A stretch of DNA of 40,000 nucleotides from Anabaena sp. CCY 9613 (GTDB taxonomy: Bacteria > Cyanobacteriota > Cyanobacteriia > Cyanobacteriales > Nostocaceae), in assembly GCF_963920895.1 (NCBI RefSeq), contig NZ_CAWUDE010000012.1:1-40000 (forward strand). Direction: 5' to 3'. Made by a program: the position numbers and the translations under genes. How positions within the stretch are numbered: position 1 is the first letter of the stretch; the number at the start of each line of letters is the position of its first letter. Below, piece after piece: positions 7,952-18,355 of this stretch. The notes under the pieces were generated by a model that was not told the origin of the DNA, ran no database searches, and saw only the letters and a program-made list of their open reading frames with translations.

Positions 7952-10570
7952 TTAACTACTAAACACCTCCATCGATACACGACCGAAGGAAAGCCGCTCA
8001 TTTTGCACATCGACAACGATAGTATCACCGTCATTGAATTCACCGCGTAAGATGGCTTTGGCGATTTGCGTTTCTAGTTCTCGCTGAATTGCTCGCTTTA
8101 ATGGACGCGCACCATATACAGGGTCATATCCTACTTCTGCCAAAAAGTCAAGAGCAGCATCAGAGAGTTTGAGGGACATCTTGCGATCGCTTAATCTGCC
8201 TCTGAGTCTCTCTACTTGTAACAGTACAATTTGCCGCAGTTCTTTTTTGTCTAAGCCGTGGAAGATGATAATTTCGTCAATGCGGTTAAGAAACTCTGGA
8301 CGGAAGCTATTTCGCATTGCTTCCATGACTCGGCGGCGCATTTCGTCGTAATGGTTGGCTTCTCCGGCGACATCGAGAATGTACTGTGAACCGATGTTAC
8401 TGGTCATGATAATAATGGCGTTTTTGAAGTCCACTGTATGACCTTGGGCATCGGTGACGCGACCGTCATCAAGAATTTGCAGAAAGATATTAAATACGTC
8501 GGGATGTGCTTTTTCGATTTCATCGAACAGAATAACTGCATAGGGACGACGACGAATGGCTTCGGTTAATTGTCCACCTTCTTCATAACCCACGTATCCG
8601 GGAGGCGCGCCGATTAATCTAGAAACTGCGTGTTTCTCCATATATTCAGACATATCAATTCGCACCAAAGCTTCCTCAGTGTCGAACATATACGCCGCCA
8701 GTGCTTTGGCTAACTCGGTTTTACCTACACCTGTGGGCCCCAAGAAAATAAAGCTAGCAGTGGGACGATTGGGGTCAGCTAATCCCGCACGCGATCGCTG
8801 AATTGCATCGGCTACAGCTGTCACGGCTTCGGCTTGTCCAATGACGCGATTATGTAGCTCATCTTCTAAATGCAGCAGTTTTTCTTTCTCTGATTCCACC
8901 AACTTACTGATGGGAATCCCTGTCCACTTAGAAATGATTTCGGCAATGTCAGCTTCTGTGACTTCCTCACGTAATAAAGATTTGCCAGTTTTTTGGGCAT
9001 TGGCTAATTCGCTTTCGGCGGTTTCCAATTGGCGATGCAAACTAGTTAATTTGCCATATTTCAACTCAGCCGCGCGGTTGAGGTCGTAGTTTCTTTCTGA
9101 TTGCTGAATTTCTAAGTTAACCCGGTCAATTTCTTCTTTGATGGACTGAATTTTATTGATGATATCTTTTTCCGACTGCCATTGAGCATTGAGAGTTCTT
9201 TGTTCTTCCTTGAGGTCAGCCAGTTCTTTTTCAATTCTTTCTAAACGTTCTCGAGAAGCTGCATCAGTTTCTTTTTGCAAAGATAGCTTCTCCATTTCCA
9301 ATTGCAAAATCTTACGGTCGATTTCGTCTAGTTCTTCTGGTTTGGAGGTAATCTCCATTTTCAGTCTGGCGGCGGCTTCGTCTACCAAGTCAATGGCTTT
9401 ATCTGGTAAGAAGCGATCGCTGATATATCTACTAGATAATGTAGCGGCTGCAACTAAAGAACTATCAGAAATTTTCACCCCGTGGTGGACTTCATAGCGT
9501 TCTTTCAACCCGCGCAGAATAGAAATTGTATCTTCTACACTGGGCTGGTCTACATATACTTGCTGGAAGCGTCTTTCTAGTGCCGCGTCTTTTTCTATAT
9601 ACTTGCGATATTCATCTAAAGTTGTCGCCCCAATACACCGCAATTCGCCCCGCGCCAACATGGGTTTTAATAAATTGCCGGCATCCATCGCCCCTTGGGT
9701 AGCACCAGCACCAACTACGGTATGAATCTCATCAATAAATAAAACTATACTACCGCCGGATTCTGTAACTTCTTTTAATACTGCTTTGAGACGTTCTTCA
9801 AATTCACCCCGGAATTTTGCCCCGGCGATTAAAGCACCCATATCTAGGGCGATTAACTTGCGGTCTTTCAGGGATTGGGGCACATCACCAGCGATAATGC
9901 GTTGTGCTAGTCCTTCGGCGATAGCAGTTTTACCAACACCTGGTTCTCCAATTAAAACAGGGTTATTTTTGGTACGGCGCGAGAGAATTTGAATGGTGCG
10001 ACGAATTTCATCATCTCGCCCAATGACTGGATCTAGTTGACCTTGACGTGCGGCTTCTGTGAGATCACGCCCATATTTTTCCAGTGATTGGTATTTGCCT
10101 TCTGGATTTTGGTCGGTCACTTTTTGACTCCCACGAATTTGCTTAATAATATTTTTGAGCTTGCCTTCGTCTAAACCAAATTCTTGGAATAAACTTTTAC
10201 CAAAACGGTCATCTTTGGCATAACCCAGCAACAAATGTTCAATGGAGATATATTCGTCTTTGAATTCCTTACGATATGCCTCTGACCGATCTAACAGTGT
10301 ATCTAAGCTGCGTCCCAAGTAGACAGACGTGCTGCTACCAGATACTTTCGGTTGACGACGGAAAAATTGATCAGTGCGATCGCGGACTTTTTGCAAATCT
10401 ACACCCGCTTTTGTCAAAATACTGCTAGCCAGACCTTCTTGTTCCAGCAGCGCTTTCATCAGGTGTTCGCTTTCGATTTGCTGTTGTTGATATTGTTTAG
10501 CAATATCTGGGGTATGGGCGATCGCTTCCCAGGCTTTTTCGGTAAATTGGTTAGGATTAGTGGGTTGCAT
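7952..10570 (-). CDS. clpB: ATP-dependent chaperone/disaggregase ClpB
   Basis: Two AAA+ modules (Walker A GEPGVGKT and GPTGVGKT), Clp-N repeats and a long coiled-coil middle domain. The track ORF starts at TTG 10594. The ATG at 10570 gives [14 protein letters not shown], which I judge the more likely start (872 aa). Confidence 0.95.
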   Translation of the reverse strand: MQPTNPNQFTEKAWEAIAHTPDIAKQYQQQQIESEHLMKALLEQEGLASSILTKAGVDLQKVRDRTDQFFRRQPKVSGSSTSVYLGRSLDTLLDRSEAYRKEFKDEYISIEHLLLGYAKDDRFGKSLFQEFGLDEGKLKNIIKQIRGSQKVTDQNPEGKYQSLEKYGRDLTEAARQGQLDPVIGRDDEIRRTIQILSRRTKNNPVLIGEPGVGKTAIAEGLAQRIIAGDVPQSLKDRKLIALDMGALIAGAKFRGEFEERLKAVLKEVTESGGSIVLFIDEIHTVVGAGATQGAMDAGNLLKPMLARGELRCIGATTLDEYRKYIEKDAALERRFQQVYVDQPSVEDTISILRGLKERYEVHHGVKISDSSLVAAATLSSRYISDRFLPDKAIDLVDEAAARLKMEITSKPEELDEIDRKILQLEMEKLSLQKETDAASRERLERIEKELADLKEEQRTLNAQWQSEKDIINKIQSIKEEIDRVNLEIQQSERNYDLNRAAELKYGKLTSLHRQLETAESELANAQKTGKSLLREEVTEADIAEIISKWTGIPISKLVESEKEKLLHLEDELHNRVIGQAEAVTAVADAIQRSRAGLADPNRPTASFIFLGPTGVGKTELAKALAAYMFDTEEALVRIDMSEYMEKHAVSRLIGAPPGYVGYEEGGQLTEAIRRRPYAVILFDEIEKAHPDVFNIFLQILDDGRVTDAQGHTVDFKNAIIIMTSNIGSQYILDVAGEANHYDEMRRRVMEAMRNSFRPEFLNRIDEIIIFHGLDKKELRQIVLLQVERLRGRLSDRKMSLKLSDAALDFLAEVGYDPVYGARPLKRAIQRELETQIAKAILRGEFNDGDTIVVDVQNERLSFGRVSMEVFSS

Positions 10571-10890
10571 AGGCTGTTCGAGAAACCACTCCAAATATGA
10601 GGCGCACAGAGAACAAGAGTCAATTTTGTTTTGATATGGTTATTGTAAGAAGAGGGGCATACCTACCTGGATCGGTCTTCACGTCTTTATAGAGTAGTAT
10701 TATCGCCCGTTTTTGTAGAGTGTGGGCAGGCAGAGGGTGGGTTGGCAACACCATGTAACAATATTTCTAGCTTTATCGGCATCAAAATTATGGGCAAGGA
10801 CTTGAGGCACATTTTCTCGTTTCCATTGTGCCCCGGAAATCTTTGTTCGACGGTCAACCTGTTTAACGGCAGATTCAACCGAACCAGAAC

Positions 10891-10919
10891 CAAAAAAAAG
10901 GTAGACCTTTCAGTCTACC
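10891..10919 (-). terminator. Rho-independent terminator of tkt
   Basis: The minus strand reads GGTAGAC-TGAAAG-GTCTACC followed by TTTTTTTTGG. It starts about 25 nt after the tkt stop. Confidence 0.7.
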
Positions 10920-10943
10920 CTAAAGAGAATATTCCGTTGCTAA

Positions 10944-12956
10944 TTAACCCAATAATTGTTTAGCCTTAGCTAATACATTATCAACGCTAAAGCCAAATTT
11001 CTCCAGACAAACACCGCCAGGAGCCGAAGCACCAAAGCGATCAATACTAACAGTATCTCCTTCCATGCCCACGTACTTATGCCAGCCGAAGCTAGAAGCA
11101 GCTTCTACAGACAAACGCTTGGTGACAGCTTTCGGCAGAACCGACTCTTTATAAGCTGCATCCTGTGCGTCAAACAAGTCAGTTGAAGGCATTGAGACAA
11201 CACGGACTTTCTTACCTTCTGTTGTCAGTTTTTCGGCTGCGGTAACGCAGAGGCTCAATTCAGAACCAGTACCAATCAGAATTAGCTCTGGTGTACCTTG
11301 GCAATCTACCACTGTGTATCCACCCTTGGCCACATGCTCAACCGATGTACCTGCTAAGTTGGGAACAGCCTGACGGGTGAACGCCAACAGAGTAGGAGCA
11401 TTTTGCTTGGCGTGTTCAATTGCGACTTTGTAAGCACCAGAGCATTCGTTACCGTCTGCGGGGCGAATTACAGTCAAGTTAGGAATAGCACGCAAGGAAG
11501 CTAAAGTTTCTATGGGTTGGTGTGTGGGGCCATCTTCACCTTGTCCAATGGAGTCGTGAGTCATTACCCAAATGACTCCAGCTTGGGACAAAGCCGATAA
11601 GCGGATAGCTGCCCGCATATAATCTGTGAAGATCAAGAAGGTCGCACCGTAGGGAATTAATCCCGAACCATGCAGCGCTATACCATTACAGATTGCGCCC
11701 ATACCGTGTTCCCGGACACCGAAGTGGATGTTGGGGTTTTGGTATTGTCCTTTTTGGAAGTCCCCCTTACCCTTGATTTCAGTTAAGTTGGAATGGGTCA
11801 AGTCAGCTGAACCACCAATTAACTCAGGTAAACCTGCTGCCAATTTATTGAGACAGTTTTCCGAGTGTTTGCGGGTAGGCAATCCTTTGTCTTCGGCGGT
11901 GTAGGTAGGTAGTACTTTATCCCAACCGTCTGGTAGTTTGCTGCTCAGGTAACGTTCAAATTCAGCCGCTTCTTGGGGATATTTGGCTTTGTAGTCGGCA
12001 AATGTCTTGTTCCAGTCAGCTTCGTAACCTGCGCCACGTTCTACTGCTTTGCGTGCATGATTGAGAGCATCTTGAGGAACTACGAAAGGCTCGTGTTCCC
12101 AACCCAAATTTTTCCGGGTTAATGCTATTTCGTCTCCACCCAAGGCAGCACCATGAACACCAGCAGTGTTGGCTTTGTTGGGAGAACCATAACCGATGGT
12201 AGTTGTAACCTTAATCATGGTCGGCTTGTCGGTTACAGCTTTAGCTGCTTCAATTGCCTTGGCAATGCCATCTAAATCGGTATTACCATCTTTGACATGT
12301 AAAACATGCCAGCCATAAGCTTCAAAACGCTTGGACACATCTTCGGTGAAGGCTACATCTGTAGAACCATCGATAGAGATGTGGTTGTCGTCATACAGAG
12401 CAATCAGTTTGCCTAATCCCAAGTGACCCGCGAAAGAAGCAGCTTCGCCGGAAATGCCTTCCATGTTGCAACCATCACCTAGAATTACGTAGGTGTAATG
12501 GTCAACAATTTTGGCATCAGGTTTATTGAATTTAGCAGCTAGATGGGCTTCTGCTATCGCTAAACCGACTCCATTGGCAATTCCTTGACCCAAGGGGCCA
12601 GTCGTAACTTCCACGCCTGCGGTCATGAAGTTTTCGGGGTGTCCGGGGGTTCTAGATTCCCACTGACGGAATTGCTGAATATCTTCAATGGTGACGCTAT
12701 CGTAGCCTGTCAGGTACAGTAAAGCGTACTGCAACATCGAGCCATGACCAGCAGACAAGACAAAGCGATCGCGGTTGAACCAACTGGGATTTTTGGGATT
12801 AAATCGCATAAAGCGATCCCATAGGACGAAAGCCATAGGAGCCGCGCCCATCGGCAGCCCTGGGTGTCCCGATTTTGCTTTTTCTACGGCATCAATAGCC
12901 AAAAAGCGAATTGAATTAATACAAAGTTCTTCGAGGGATTGGGTTGCAACAGCCAT
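10944..12956 (-). CDS. tkt: Transketolase
   Basis: 670 aa, ATG start. It carries the thiamine-diphosphate motif [11 protein letters not shown] and the transketolase signature [18 protein letters not shown]. Confidence 0.97.
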   Translation of the reverse strand: MAVATQSLEELCINSIRFLAIDAVEKAKSGHPGLPMGAAPMAFVLWDRFMRFNPKNPSWFNRDRFVLSAGHGSMLQYALLYLTGYDSVTIEDIQQFRQWESRTPGHPENFMTAGVEVTTGPLGQGIANGVGLAIAEAHLAAKFNKPDAKIVDHYTYVILGDGCNMEGISGEAASFAGHLGLGKLIALYDDNHISIDGSTDVAFTEDVSKRFEAYGWHVLHVKDGNTDLDGIAKAIEAAKAVTDKPTMIKVTTTIGYGSPNKANTAGVHGAALGGDEIALTRKNLGWEHEPFVVPQDALNHARKAVERGAGYEADWNKTFADYKAKYPQEAAEFERYLSSKLPDGWDKVLPTYTAEDKGLPTRKHSENCLNKLAAGLPELIGGSADLTHSNLTEIKGKGDFQKGQYQNPNIHFGVREHGMGAICNGIALHGSGLIPYGATFLIFTDYMRAAIRLSALSQAGVIWVMTHDSIGQGEDGPTHQPIETLASLRAIPNLTVIRPADGNECSGAYKVAIEHAKQNAPTLLAFTRQAVPNLAGTSVEHVAKGGYTVVDCQGTPELILIGTGSELSLCVTAAEKLTTEGKKVRVVSMPSTDLFDAQDAAYKESVLPKAVTKRLSVEAASSFGWHKYVGMEGDTVSIDRFGASAPGGVCLEKFGFSVDNVLAKAKQLLG

Positions 12957-13020
12957 AATCTCTTGTTCTTAACGACGGGTTAGCACTCTTGGAGCTTCTC
13001 TTCTCACTGGGTTTATTTTA

Positions 13021-13101
13021 AACAGTTAACAGTTAACGGTTATCAGTTATCATTTTTATTCATTAAGCCTGGTAACTGATCACTGATAGCTGACCACTGA
13101 T
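13021..13101. repeat. Inverted blocks of heptamer repeats (AACAGTT-type arm and its complement AACTGAT-type arm)
   Basis: 13021-13052 reads AACAGTT AACAGTT AACGGTT ATCAGTT ATCA. 13074-13101 reads AACTGAT CACTGAT AGCTGAC CACTGAT. AACTGAT is the reverse complement of ATCAGTT, so the two blocks can form a hairpin. Confidence 0.85.
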
Positions 13102-13293
13102 TTAAAGGTTCCCGCAGTATCTTCATCATCCCATTCCCCATTGTGGATGGACAAGCGGGATCTCCTGAGTTTCTGGTGATAAATCAAGCTGATAATCGGG
13201 TTATGCTGAACGCTCAATTCAGCCATGAATGATATTTATGATACTTTTCACAAGATGATCTCAGGAGAACTGAAAACGGCAAATTTGAGAATT

Positions 13294-14544
13294 TTAGGTG
13301 TACTTCTTAAAGGCTAGTGTGACATTGTGACCACCGAACCCGAAAGAGTTGGATAGTGCGACTTCAACTTTTTGCTCGCGGCTAGAGTTGGCTACGTAAT
13401 CTAGGTCACACTCTGGATCGGGATTTTCTAAATTGATGGTTGGCGGAATTTTATCACTAGCGATCGCCAATACTGTGGCTACTGCTTCGATGCCTCCTGA
13501 ACCACCCAAAAGATGTCCTGTCATCGATTTGGTGGAACTGACGGCAATTTTATAAATGTGATCGCCTAAGGCAGTTTTCATGGCAGCGGTTTCGGTGGAA
13601 TCATTAGCCGGGGTGCTGGTGCCGTGAGCATTGATGTAACTCACCATTTCTGGGGTGAGTCCGCCATCTTTCAGAGCCAGTTGGATGGCTCTAGCGGCTC
13701 CCGTGCCACCTGGTACTGGGGAAGTCATATGATAGGCATCACAGGTCATGCCATAGCCGACCATTTCCCCATAAATCCGAGCGCCACGACTCAAGGCGTG
13801 TTCTAATTCTTCCAAGATGAGTACTCCGCCACCTTCACCCATGACAAACCCATCGCGATCGCGGTCGAATGGACGGCACGCGTGAGCGGGGTCATCATTG
13901 CGAGTCGAAAGCGCTCGTGCTGCGGCAAAACCAGCTAAACCCAAGGGTGTAATTGCGGCTTCACATCCCCCGCAAATCATTGCTTGAGCATAACCATTTT
14001 GAATCAGGCGAAATGCATCCCCAATGGCGTTAGAACCTGCGGCGCAGGCGGTGACAGCGCAAGAGTTAGGCCCTTTAGCACCGGTATGAATTGCTGTTAA
14101 TCCCGCGGCCATATTGGCAATCATCATGGGAATCATGAAGGGACTACAGCGATCAGGCCCACGATTGAGGTAGATTGTTTGCTGGTCTTCCATCACCTTT
14201 AGTCCACCAACACCGGAGCCAATCATCACTCCCACCTGTTCGGCATTTAGTTCATTAATGACTAACTTGGCGTCGGCCAGGGCTTGTTTGGCGGCTGATA
14301 CCCCAAATTGGGAAAACCGATCCATGCGTTTGGCTTCTTTGCGATCCATGTAATCATGTGGATCGAAGTTTTTTACTTCCCCTGCAATGCGGCAATCATG
14401 GCGCGACGCATCAAAAAATGTGATGTGGTCAATGCCATTGCGTCCGCTTAACAATCCTTCCCAATATTCATCTGGTGTGTTACCAATAGGTGTAATCGCG
14501 CCAACACCAGTTACAACAACGCGTTTACGTTTATAATCTGTCAT
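13294..14544 (-). CDS. fabF: Beta-ketoacyl-ACP synthase II
   Basis: 416 aa, ATG start. It has the active-site Cys context PNSCAVTACAAGSNAIG, catalytic His motifs NAHGTSTP and KSMTGHLLG, and a C-terminal SNSFGFGGHN. Confidence 0.95.
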   Translation of the reverse strand: MTDYKRKRVVVTGVGAITPIGNTPDEYWEGLLSGRNGIDHITFFDASRHDCRIAGEVKNFDPHDYMDRKEAKRMDRFSQFGVSAAKQALADAKLVINELNAEQVGVMIGSGVGGLKVMEDQQTIYLNRGPDRCSPFMIPMMIANMAAGLTAIHTGAKGPNSCAVTACAAGSNAIGDAFRLIQNGYAQAMICGGCEAAITPLGLAGFAAARALSTRNDDPAHACRPFDRDRDGFVMGEGGGVLILEELEHALSRGARIYGEMVGYGMTCDAYHMTSPVPGGTGAARAIQLALKDGGLTPEMVSYINAHGTSTPANDSTETAAMKTALGDHIYKIAVSSTKSMTGHLLGGSGGIEAVATVLAIASDKIPPTINLENPDPECDLDYVANSSREQKVEVALSNSFGFGGHNVTLAFKKYT

Positions 14545-14586
14545 GACTTAGTTAAAGGTGGCGAGAAAGCTGCACAATATAGGGAA

Positions 14587-14630
14587 TGGGGACTGGGGAC
14601 TGGGGACTGGGAAGCAGGGATTGGGAAGTA
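14587..14630. repeat. STRR1-type heptamer repeat (TGGGGAC x3, then degenerate GGGAAGC/AGGGATT/GGGAAGT)
   Basis: TGGGGAC TGGGGAC TGGGGAC TGGGAAG lies in the fabF-acpP spacer. GGGGACT is the complement and permutation of the CCCCAGT heptamer known from Nostocales (STRR1, from memory). A C-rich counterpart lies at about 14690-14752. Confidence 0.9.
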
Positions 14631-14752
14631 GAAAGACAAAATAATGGTTTCTTCAGAAGATTTTTCTCTTTAGCCAATTATTACCAGTACCTAATACCCA
14701 GTACCCATTGCCCCTTATCCCCAGAGTGGGTCCCGAGTTCCCCAATTGCTGT

Positions 14753-15013
14753 TTAGGCAGATGCAGCAACTTTGTCGTTGATGTAATCCACCGCTTCTTG
14801 AACCGTCGTAATTTTTTCGGCGGCTTCATCGGGAATTTCAATATCAAATTCTTCTTCCAATGCCATTACCAATTCAACTGTATCTAGGGAATCGGCTCCT
14901 AAATCGTTAGCAAAATTAGCTTGGGGTGTAATAGTTTTGTCAACTTTGTCATCATCAACACTCAGTTGATCGGCAACAATTTTCTTGACCTTTTCAAAAA
15001 TTTCTTGATTCAT
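14753..15013 (-). CDS. acpP: Acyl carrier protein
   Basis: 86 aa, ATG start, with the phosphopantetheine attachment motif [13 protein letters not shown]. It lies immediately upstream of fabF. Confidence 0.95.
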   Translation of the reverse strand: MNQEIFEKVKKIVADQLSVDDDKVDKTITPQANFANDLGADSLDTVELVMALEEEFDIEIPDEAAEKITTVQEAVDYINDKVAASA

Positions 15014-15747
15014 AGGTAAAAGTCCTTGACCAGTTGCTATTATCCGCTCTTTATGGGCGACATGGTTTTGAGCATATACATCTTATCGGAAAGCGCGATC
15101 GCCCGTATACTACCGGAGGCTTTTCCTTGAGAAAACTCTAGCCCCTAGGGTACGACTAAACTGTTGTACCTGAAAGCACAAGGTAATCTAGAGAAAAACA
15201 GTTGGCAATTAGAACCAGCGACGCGATCGCTTGATGTCAACGCTTTTATTTACCAGGTGATTAGTGACCTCCTCCCCCACTGACGCGATCGCGTACAGTC
15301 AGGGCTGCCTTACTGCGCTATCGCGCCGCTACGCTAACACGATCAGGCTTTCCTAGTTATTTCCATTTCTGGTTTTACACCCACCATCTAGATTTGGAGT
15401 AATAATTAAGTTACTTCATATCCCCGACGCTCTGATTGCCCAGGCAGTTTCCATTCCCGCCAGTCTAGCGGTACTTGTGCTAGTTTGAGTTTTTTGTGGT
15501 GCCGATTTTCGGCAACTAACAACCCATTCATTCGCCCAACATTATTGTATTACTCTTGAAATCATCGCTATATCAAGATTACATGCAACTTATCACTTCG
15601 GTTGTTATCTGTTGATTAACCCCCATCCACAAGCTCAATTTTTAGTTGAATATCTAAATTAACATCTATGCCCTGGCTAATATCCCTGTCCAAGAATGAT
15701 ACAACAGTAGTTGTCAGGGGCAATTGCCCTTATCCAAATATACTTTT

Positions 15748-16656
15748 ATGCTATCTCAGACGTTAAAGTACGCTTATTACCCTGGTTGTGTCGCCCAAGG
15801 AGCTTGTCGGGAGCTGTATTTATCAACTCAAGCTTTGACTCAAGCATTGGGTATTGAACTGGTTGAATTGAAAAAAGCTGCTTGTTGCGGTTCAGGCACA
15901 TTTAAAGAAGATTCTCAATTACTAGAAGATACGGTTAACGCCAGAAATATTGCTTTAGCAGAAGAATTAAATCTACCCTTACTTACCCATTGCAGCACTT
16001 GTCAGGGTGTAATCGGTCATGTCAACGAAAACCTGAAAACATGCCAGACCAGTAACCCTGCTTATGTTGAGCAAGTAAATAGTTTGCTGCACAAAGAAGG
16101 TTGTTCACCTTATCGCGGTAGTACCGAAGTTAAACATCTCCTTTATGCCCTAGTCACAGATTACGGTTTAGAGGAAATTACCCAACGTGTAACTCGTAAG
16201 TTAACGGGATTAAAATGTGCTGCTTTTTATGGTTGCTATCTCCTGCGTGCCCAAAAGTTAATGCCCTATGATGACCCTTTCCAACCTGAAGCAATGGAAA
16301 ATGTCTTTCGAGCAATAGGCGCAACACCAATTTATTATCGTGGACGCACCCAATGTTGTGGCTGGCCCCTTGCTAGCTACGCTACTACCCAGTCTTTCAA
16401 GATGGCTGGGATGCACATTCAAGAAGCCTTAGAAAATGGTGCTGATTGTCTAGTCACGCCTTGTCCTCTTTGCCATCTGAATTTAGATTCTCGTCAGCCA
16501 GAAGTAGAAAAAGTCATCGGGCAGAAACTAGGTTTACCAGTACTGCATTTACCACAGTTAATTGCCTTAGCATTAGGAATTAGCCCGAAAGAACTGGGTT
16601 TAGAACGCCACATTGTTTCCACAAAGTCATTGTTGGAAAAATTGGAGATTAGCTAG
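15748..16656 (+). CDS. HdrB-like protein with two CCG domains (heterodisulfide reductase subunit B / SdhE-type family)
   Basis: Two cysteine-rich CCG motifs (AACCGSG and TQCCGWP) with accompanying CxxC/PCPLC patterns. The track start is TTG 15724. The ATG at 15748 (MLSQTLKYAYYPGC) is more plausible. Confidence 0.8.
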   Translation: MLSQTLKYAYYPGCVAQGACRELYLSTQALTQALGIELVELKKAACCGSGTFKEDSQLLEDTVNARNIALAEELNLPLLTHCSTCQGVIGHVNENLKTCQTSNPAYVEQVNSLLHKEGCSPYRGSTEVKHLLYALVTDYGLEEITQRVTRKLTGLKCAAFYGCYLLRAQKLMPYDDPFQPEAMENVFRAIGATPIYYRGRTQCCGWPLASYATTQSFKMAGMHIQEALENGADCLVTPCPLCHLNLDSRQPEVEKVIGQKLGLPVLHLPQLIALALGISPKELGLERHIVSTKSLLEKLEIS

Positions 16657-16665
16657 TAGACAGAG

Positions 16666-16795
16666 GGGGAGATGGGGAGATGGGGAGATGAGGAGATGAG
16701 GAGATGGGGAGATGAGGAGATGAGGAGATGAGGAGATGGGGAGATGGGGAGATGAGGAGATGAGGAGATGGGGAGATGGGGAAGATGAGGAAGAT
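16666..16795. repeat. Tandem array of 14 octamers GRGGAGAT plus 2 nonamers GRGGAAGAT
   Basis: Read unit by unit, the variable second base goes G G G A A G A A A G G A A G, then G A in the two 9-mers. The array starts 10 nt after the stop of the HdrB-like gene. A C-rich tract at 16827-16880 follows and reaches the lpxD stop. Confidence 0.95.
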
Positions 16796-16881
16796 AAAAA
16801 CAAAGATATTGGTACTCACCGAAAATCCTTCCCCCCTGCTCCCTGCCCCCCTGCCTCTTCCTGCCTCGTCCCCAGTCCCAA

Positions 16882-17925
16882 TCACTTCTTCCCTAACTGG
16901 CGTTGCAATTGCTTGAAGGATAGATACATTTCTGGCAAGCGATTATAAATAGCAGATATCTTCAGATATAGTTTGTGGGGTATTGCTGGCATTCCGGAGA
17001 CGATTTCCCCTGGTGCAACATCATTATGAATTCCGGCTTTAGCGGATGCGATCGCCCCATCACCAATTTTCACTTGATTGGCAATTCCCGATTGTCCAGC
17101 GAGGATGACGCGATTACCAATTTTGACGCCTCCTGCCATACCGGCTTGACCGGCGATGGCACATCCTGCACCAATTTGGCAGCCGTGTCCTATCTGTACC
17201 ATGTTATCAATTACTGTCCGACGTCCTACTCTTGTTTCCCCTACGGCTGGGCGGTCAATGGCACTGTTGCAGCCTACTTCTACACCATCTTCTAAAACAG
17301 TGTAGCCAGATTGTTCCATTTTTAACCAACCAGTAGGGGTAGGCACAAAGCCAAAACCTTCTGCACCGATGACAGCGCCACTGTGAATTACGCAATCTGC
17401 ACCGATAAGTGTGCGCTCATGTATGGTGCAGTTAGCATGTAAGGTGGTGCGATCGCCTATTTTGGCATCGGGATAAATCACCACATTGGGATGAATTATG
17501 GCATGATTACCAATTTCTACATTTTGCTGAATCACTGCATGGGGGCCAATATAAACATCATTGCCTAGTTTTGCTGTGGGGTGAATCACAGCCGTGGGAT
17601 GAATTTCTGGGCTGGGGCGATATGGCTGGTAGAAGAGGGCGATCGCCTGGGCAAACGTCAGCTTGGGGTTGGGTGTAGCTATCCAAGCTATACCGCGTTC
17701 TTGAGCTTGTGATTGTAATGTTTTGTCTAAAGGCAAAATTAAAGCACTGGCATTTGTTGTGCTGACAAAAGATGCGAATTTTGCGCCTTCTACGTAACTG
17801 AGATTACCAGGTTGAGCTTCATCTAAAGCAGCCAACCCTATAATTGCTGGATCGTAACTTTGCAAAGTTGTCAGGCTATTGTCGGTAGTGGCGTCCAGTT
17901 TACTGATAATTTCACTGAATTTCAT
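16882..17925 (-). CDS. lpxD: UDP-3-O-acylglucosamine N-acyltransferase
   Basis: 347 aa, ATG start. It has the LpxD-type N-terminal domain (MKFSEIISKL...LSYV) followed by a long run of hexapeptide left-handed beta-helix repeats. Confidence 0.92.
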   Translation of the reverse strand: MKFSEIISKLDATTDNSLTTLQSYDPAIIGLAALDEAQPGNLSYVEGAKFASFVSTTNASALILPLDKTLQSQAQERGIAWIATPNPKLTFAQAIALFYQPYRPSPEIHPTAVIHPTAKLGNDVYIGPHAVIQQNVEIGNHAIIHPNVVIYPDAKIGDRTTLHANCTIHERTLIGADCVIHSGAVIGAEGFGFVPTPTGWLKMEQSGYTVLEDGVEVGCNSAIDRPAVGETRVGRRTVIDNMVQIGHGCQIGAGCAIAGQAGMAGGVKIGNRVILAGQSGIANQVKIGDGAIASAKAGIHNDVAPGEIVSGMPAIPHKLYLKISAIYNRLPEMYLSFKQLQRQLGKK

Positions 17926-18355
17926 ATTGTGCTGTTATGAGGTTACATGTTGAAGCGATACAGTTGCTATTTAACCAATTTTTACTTGTAGTCTATATTT
18001 GTGGCTTAATTATCTCAACATTCAGGATATTTACATAAAAAATAATTAGTTCTAAAAATCGGCTATAAGTATTGCTAAATATAGCTTTAATGTTGGCGCT
18101 GAAGACATAAATTTTTCATTTAAACGACCTTTACAAAACAATTTAGTGATGCTGAGTGTAATTACTTATGGCAGTAACTCTACGTCATTATCTGATTGAA
18201 CTCAAATTAATTCAATCTACGTACAAGCACGTTACATTAGTAGTTTTAATTTTTACATTATTTTTTAAAAAGATTTACTGTTTACTAATTTAATTACCTA
18301 GTAATAACACTGATGGCGCACGTATTTCTTCAAACTATCTTTGGATTGCAGTTTG

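Noticed and set aside
8169-10600. Five plus-strand ORFs of 60-102 aa inside clpB (8169, 8841, 9189, 9786, 10352)
   Set aside because: All lie antisense within a strongly supported 872-aa ClpB gene and are Ser/Arg-rich, as expected for the antisense of a Glu/Leu/Lys-rich gene. The same reasoning applies to the antisense ORFs inside tkt, fabF, lpxD, the STK, wzc, GT2, the AP-family gene, wzx, wzy, the flavoprotein, the usp gene and ycf35.
10687-10963. ORFs 10687..10893 (-) and 10742..10963 (+) in the clpB-tkt spacer
   Set aside because: They overlap each other, have no recognisable motifs, and overlap the tkt terminator hairpin and the tkt 3' end. This is more likely a promoter/leader region of clpB with a dispersed-repeat fragment (TTTGTAGAGTGTGGGCAGGC...GGGTGGGTTGGCAAC). 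A decayed gene remnant cannot be excluded.
12980-13006. Possible CIRCE heat-shock operator upstream of tkt (TTAGCACTC at 12980-12988)
   Set aside because: Only one half-site matches the CIRCE consensus TTAGCACTC-N9-GAGTGCTAA. After the 9-nt spacer the sequence is CTCTTCTCA, which is not complementary. tkt is also not a known HrcA target.
14653-14847. Minus-strand 64-aa ORF overlapping the 3' end of acpP and the C-rich repeat tract
   Set aside because: It is an out-of-frame overlap with the well-supported acpP gene and extends into STRR-type repeat DNA. Its Lys/Pro-rich composition is typical of a repeat translation.
15014-15747. The 730-bp acpP / HdrB-like divergent spacer as a hidden gene or ncRNA locus (three HIP1 sites; GACGCGATCGC repeated at about 15219 and 15283)
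   Set aside because: I found no ORF with a credible start or length on either strand and no convincing conserved-looking structure by eye. The repeats are just HIP1 sites with similar flanks. It probably holds the two divergent promoters, but I cannot support a specific feature.
16649-16948. ORFs 16649..16885 (-) and 16736..16948 (+), with SPSPHLLI-type or GDEEMRRWGD-type repeats
   Set aside because: Both are translations of the octamer array and the C-rich tract between two convergent genes. The 8-nt period is not a multiple of 3, and the ORFs overlap the ends of the HdrB-like gene and lpxD. They are low-complexity artefacts.
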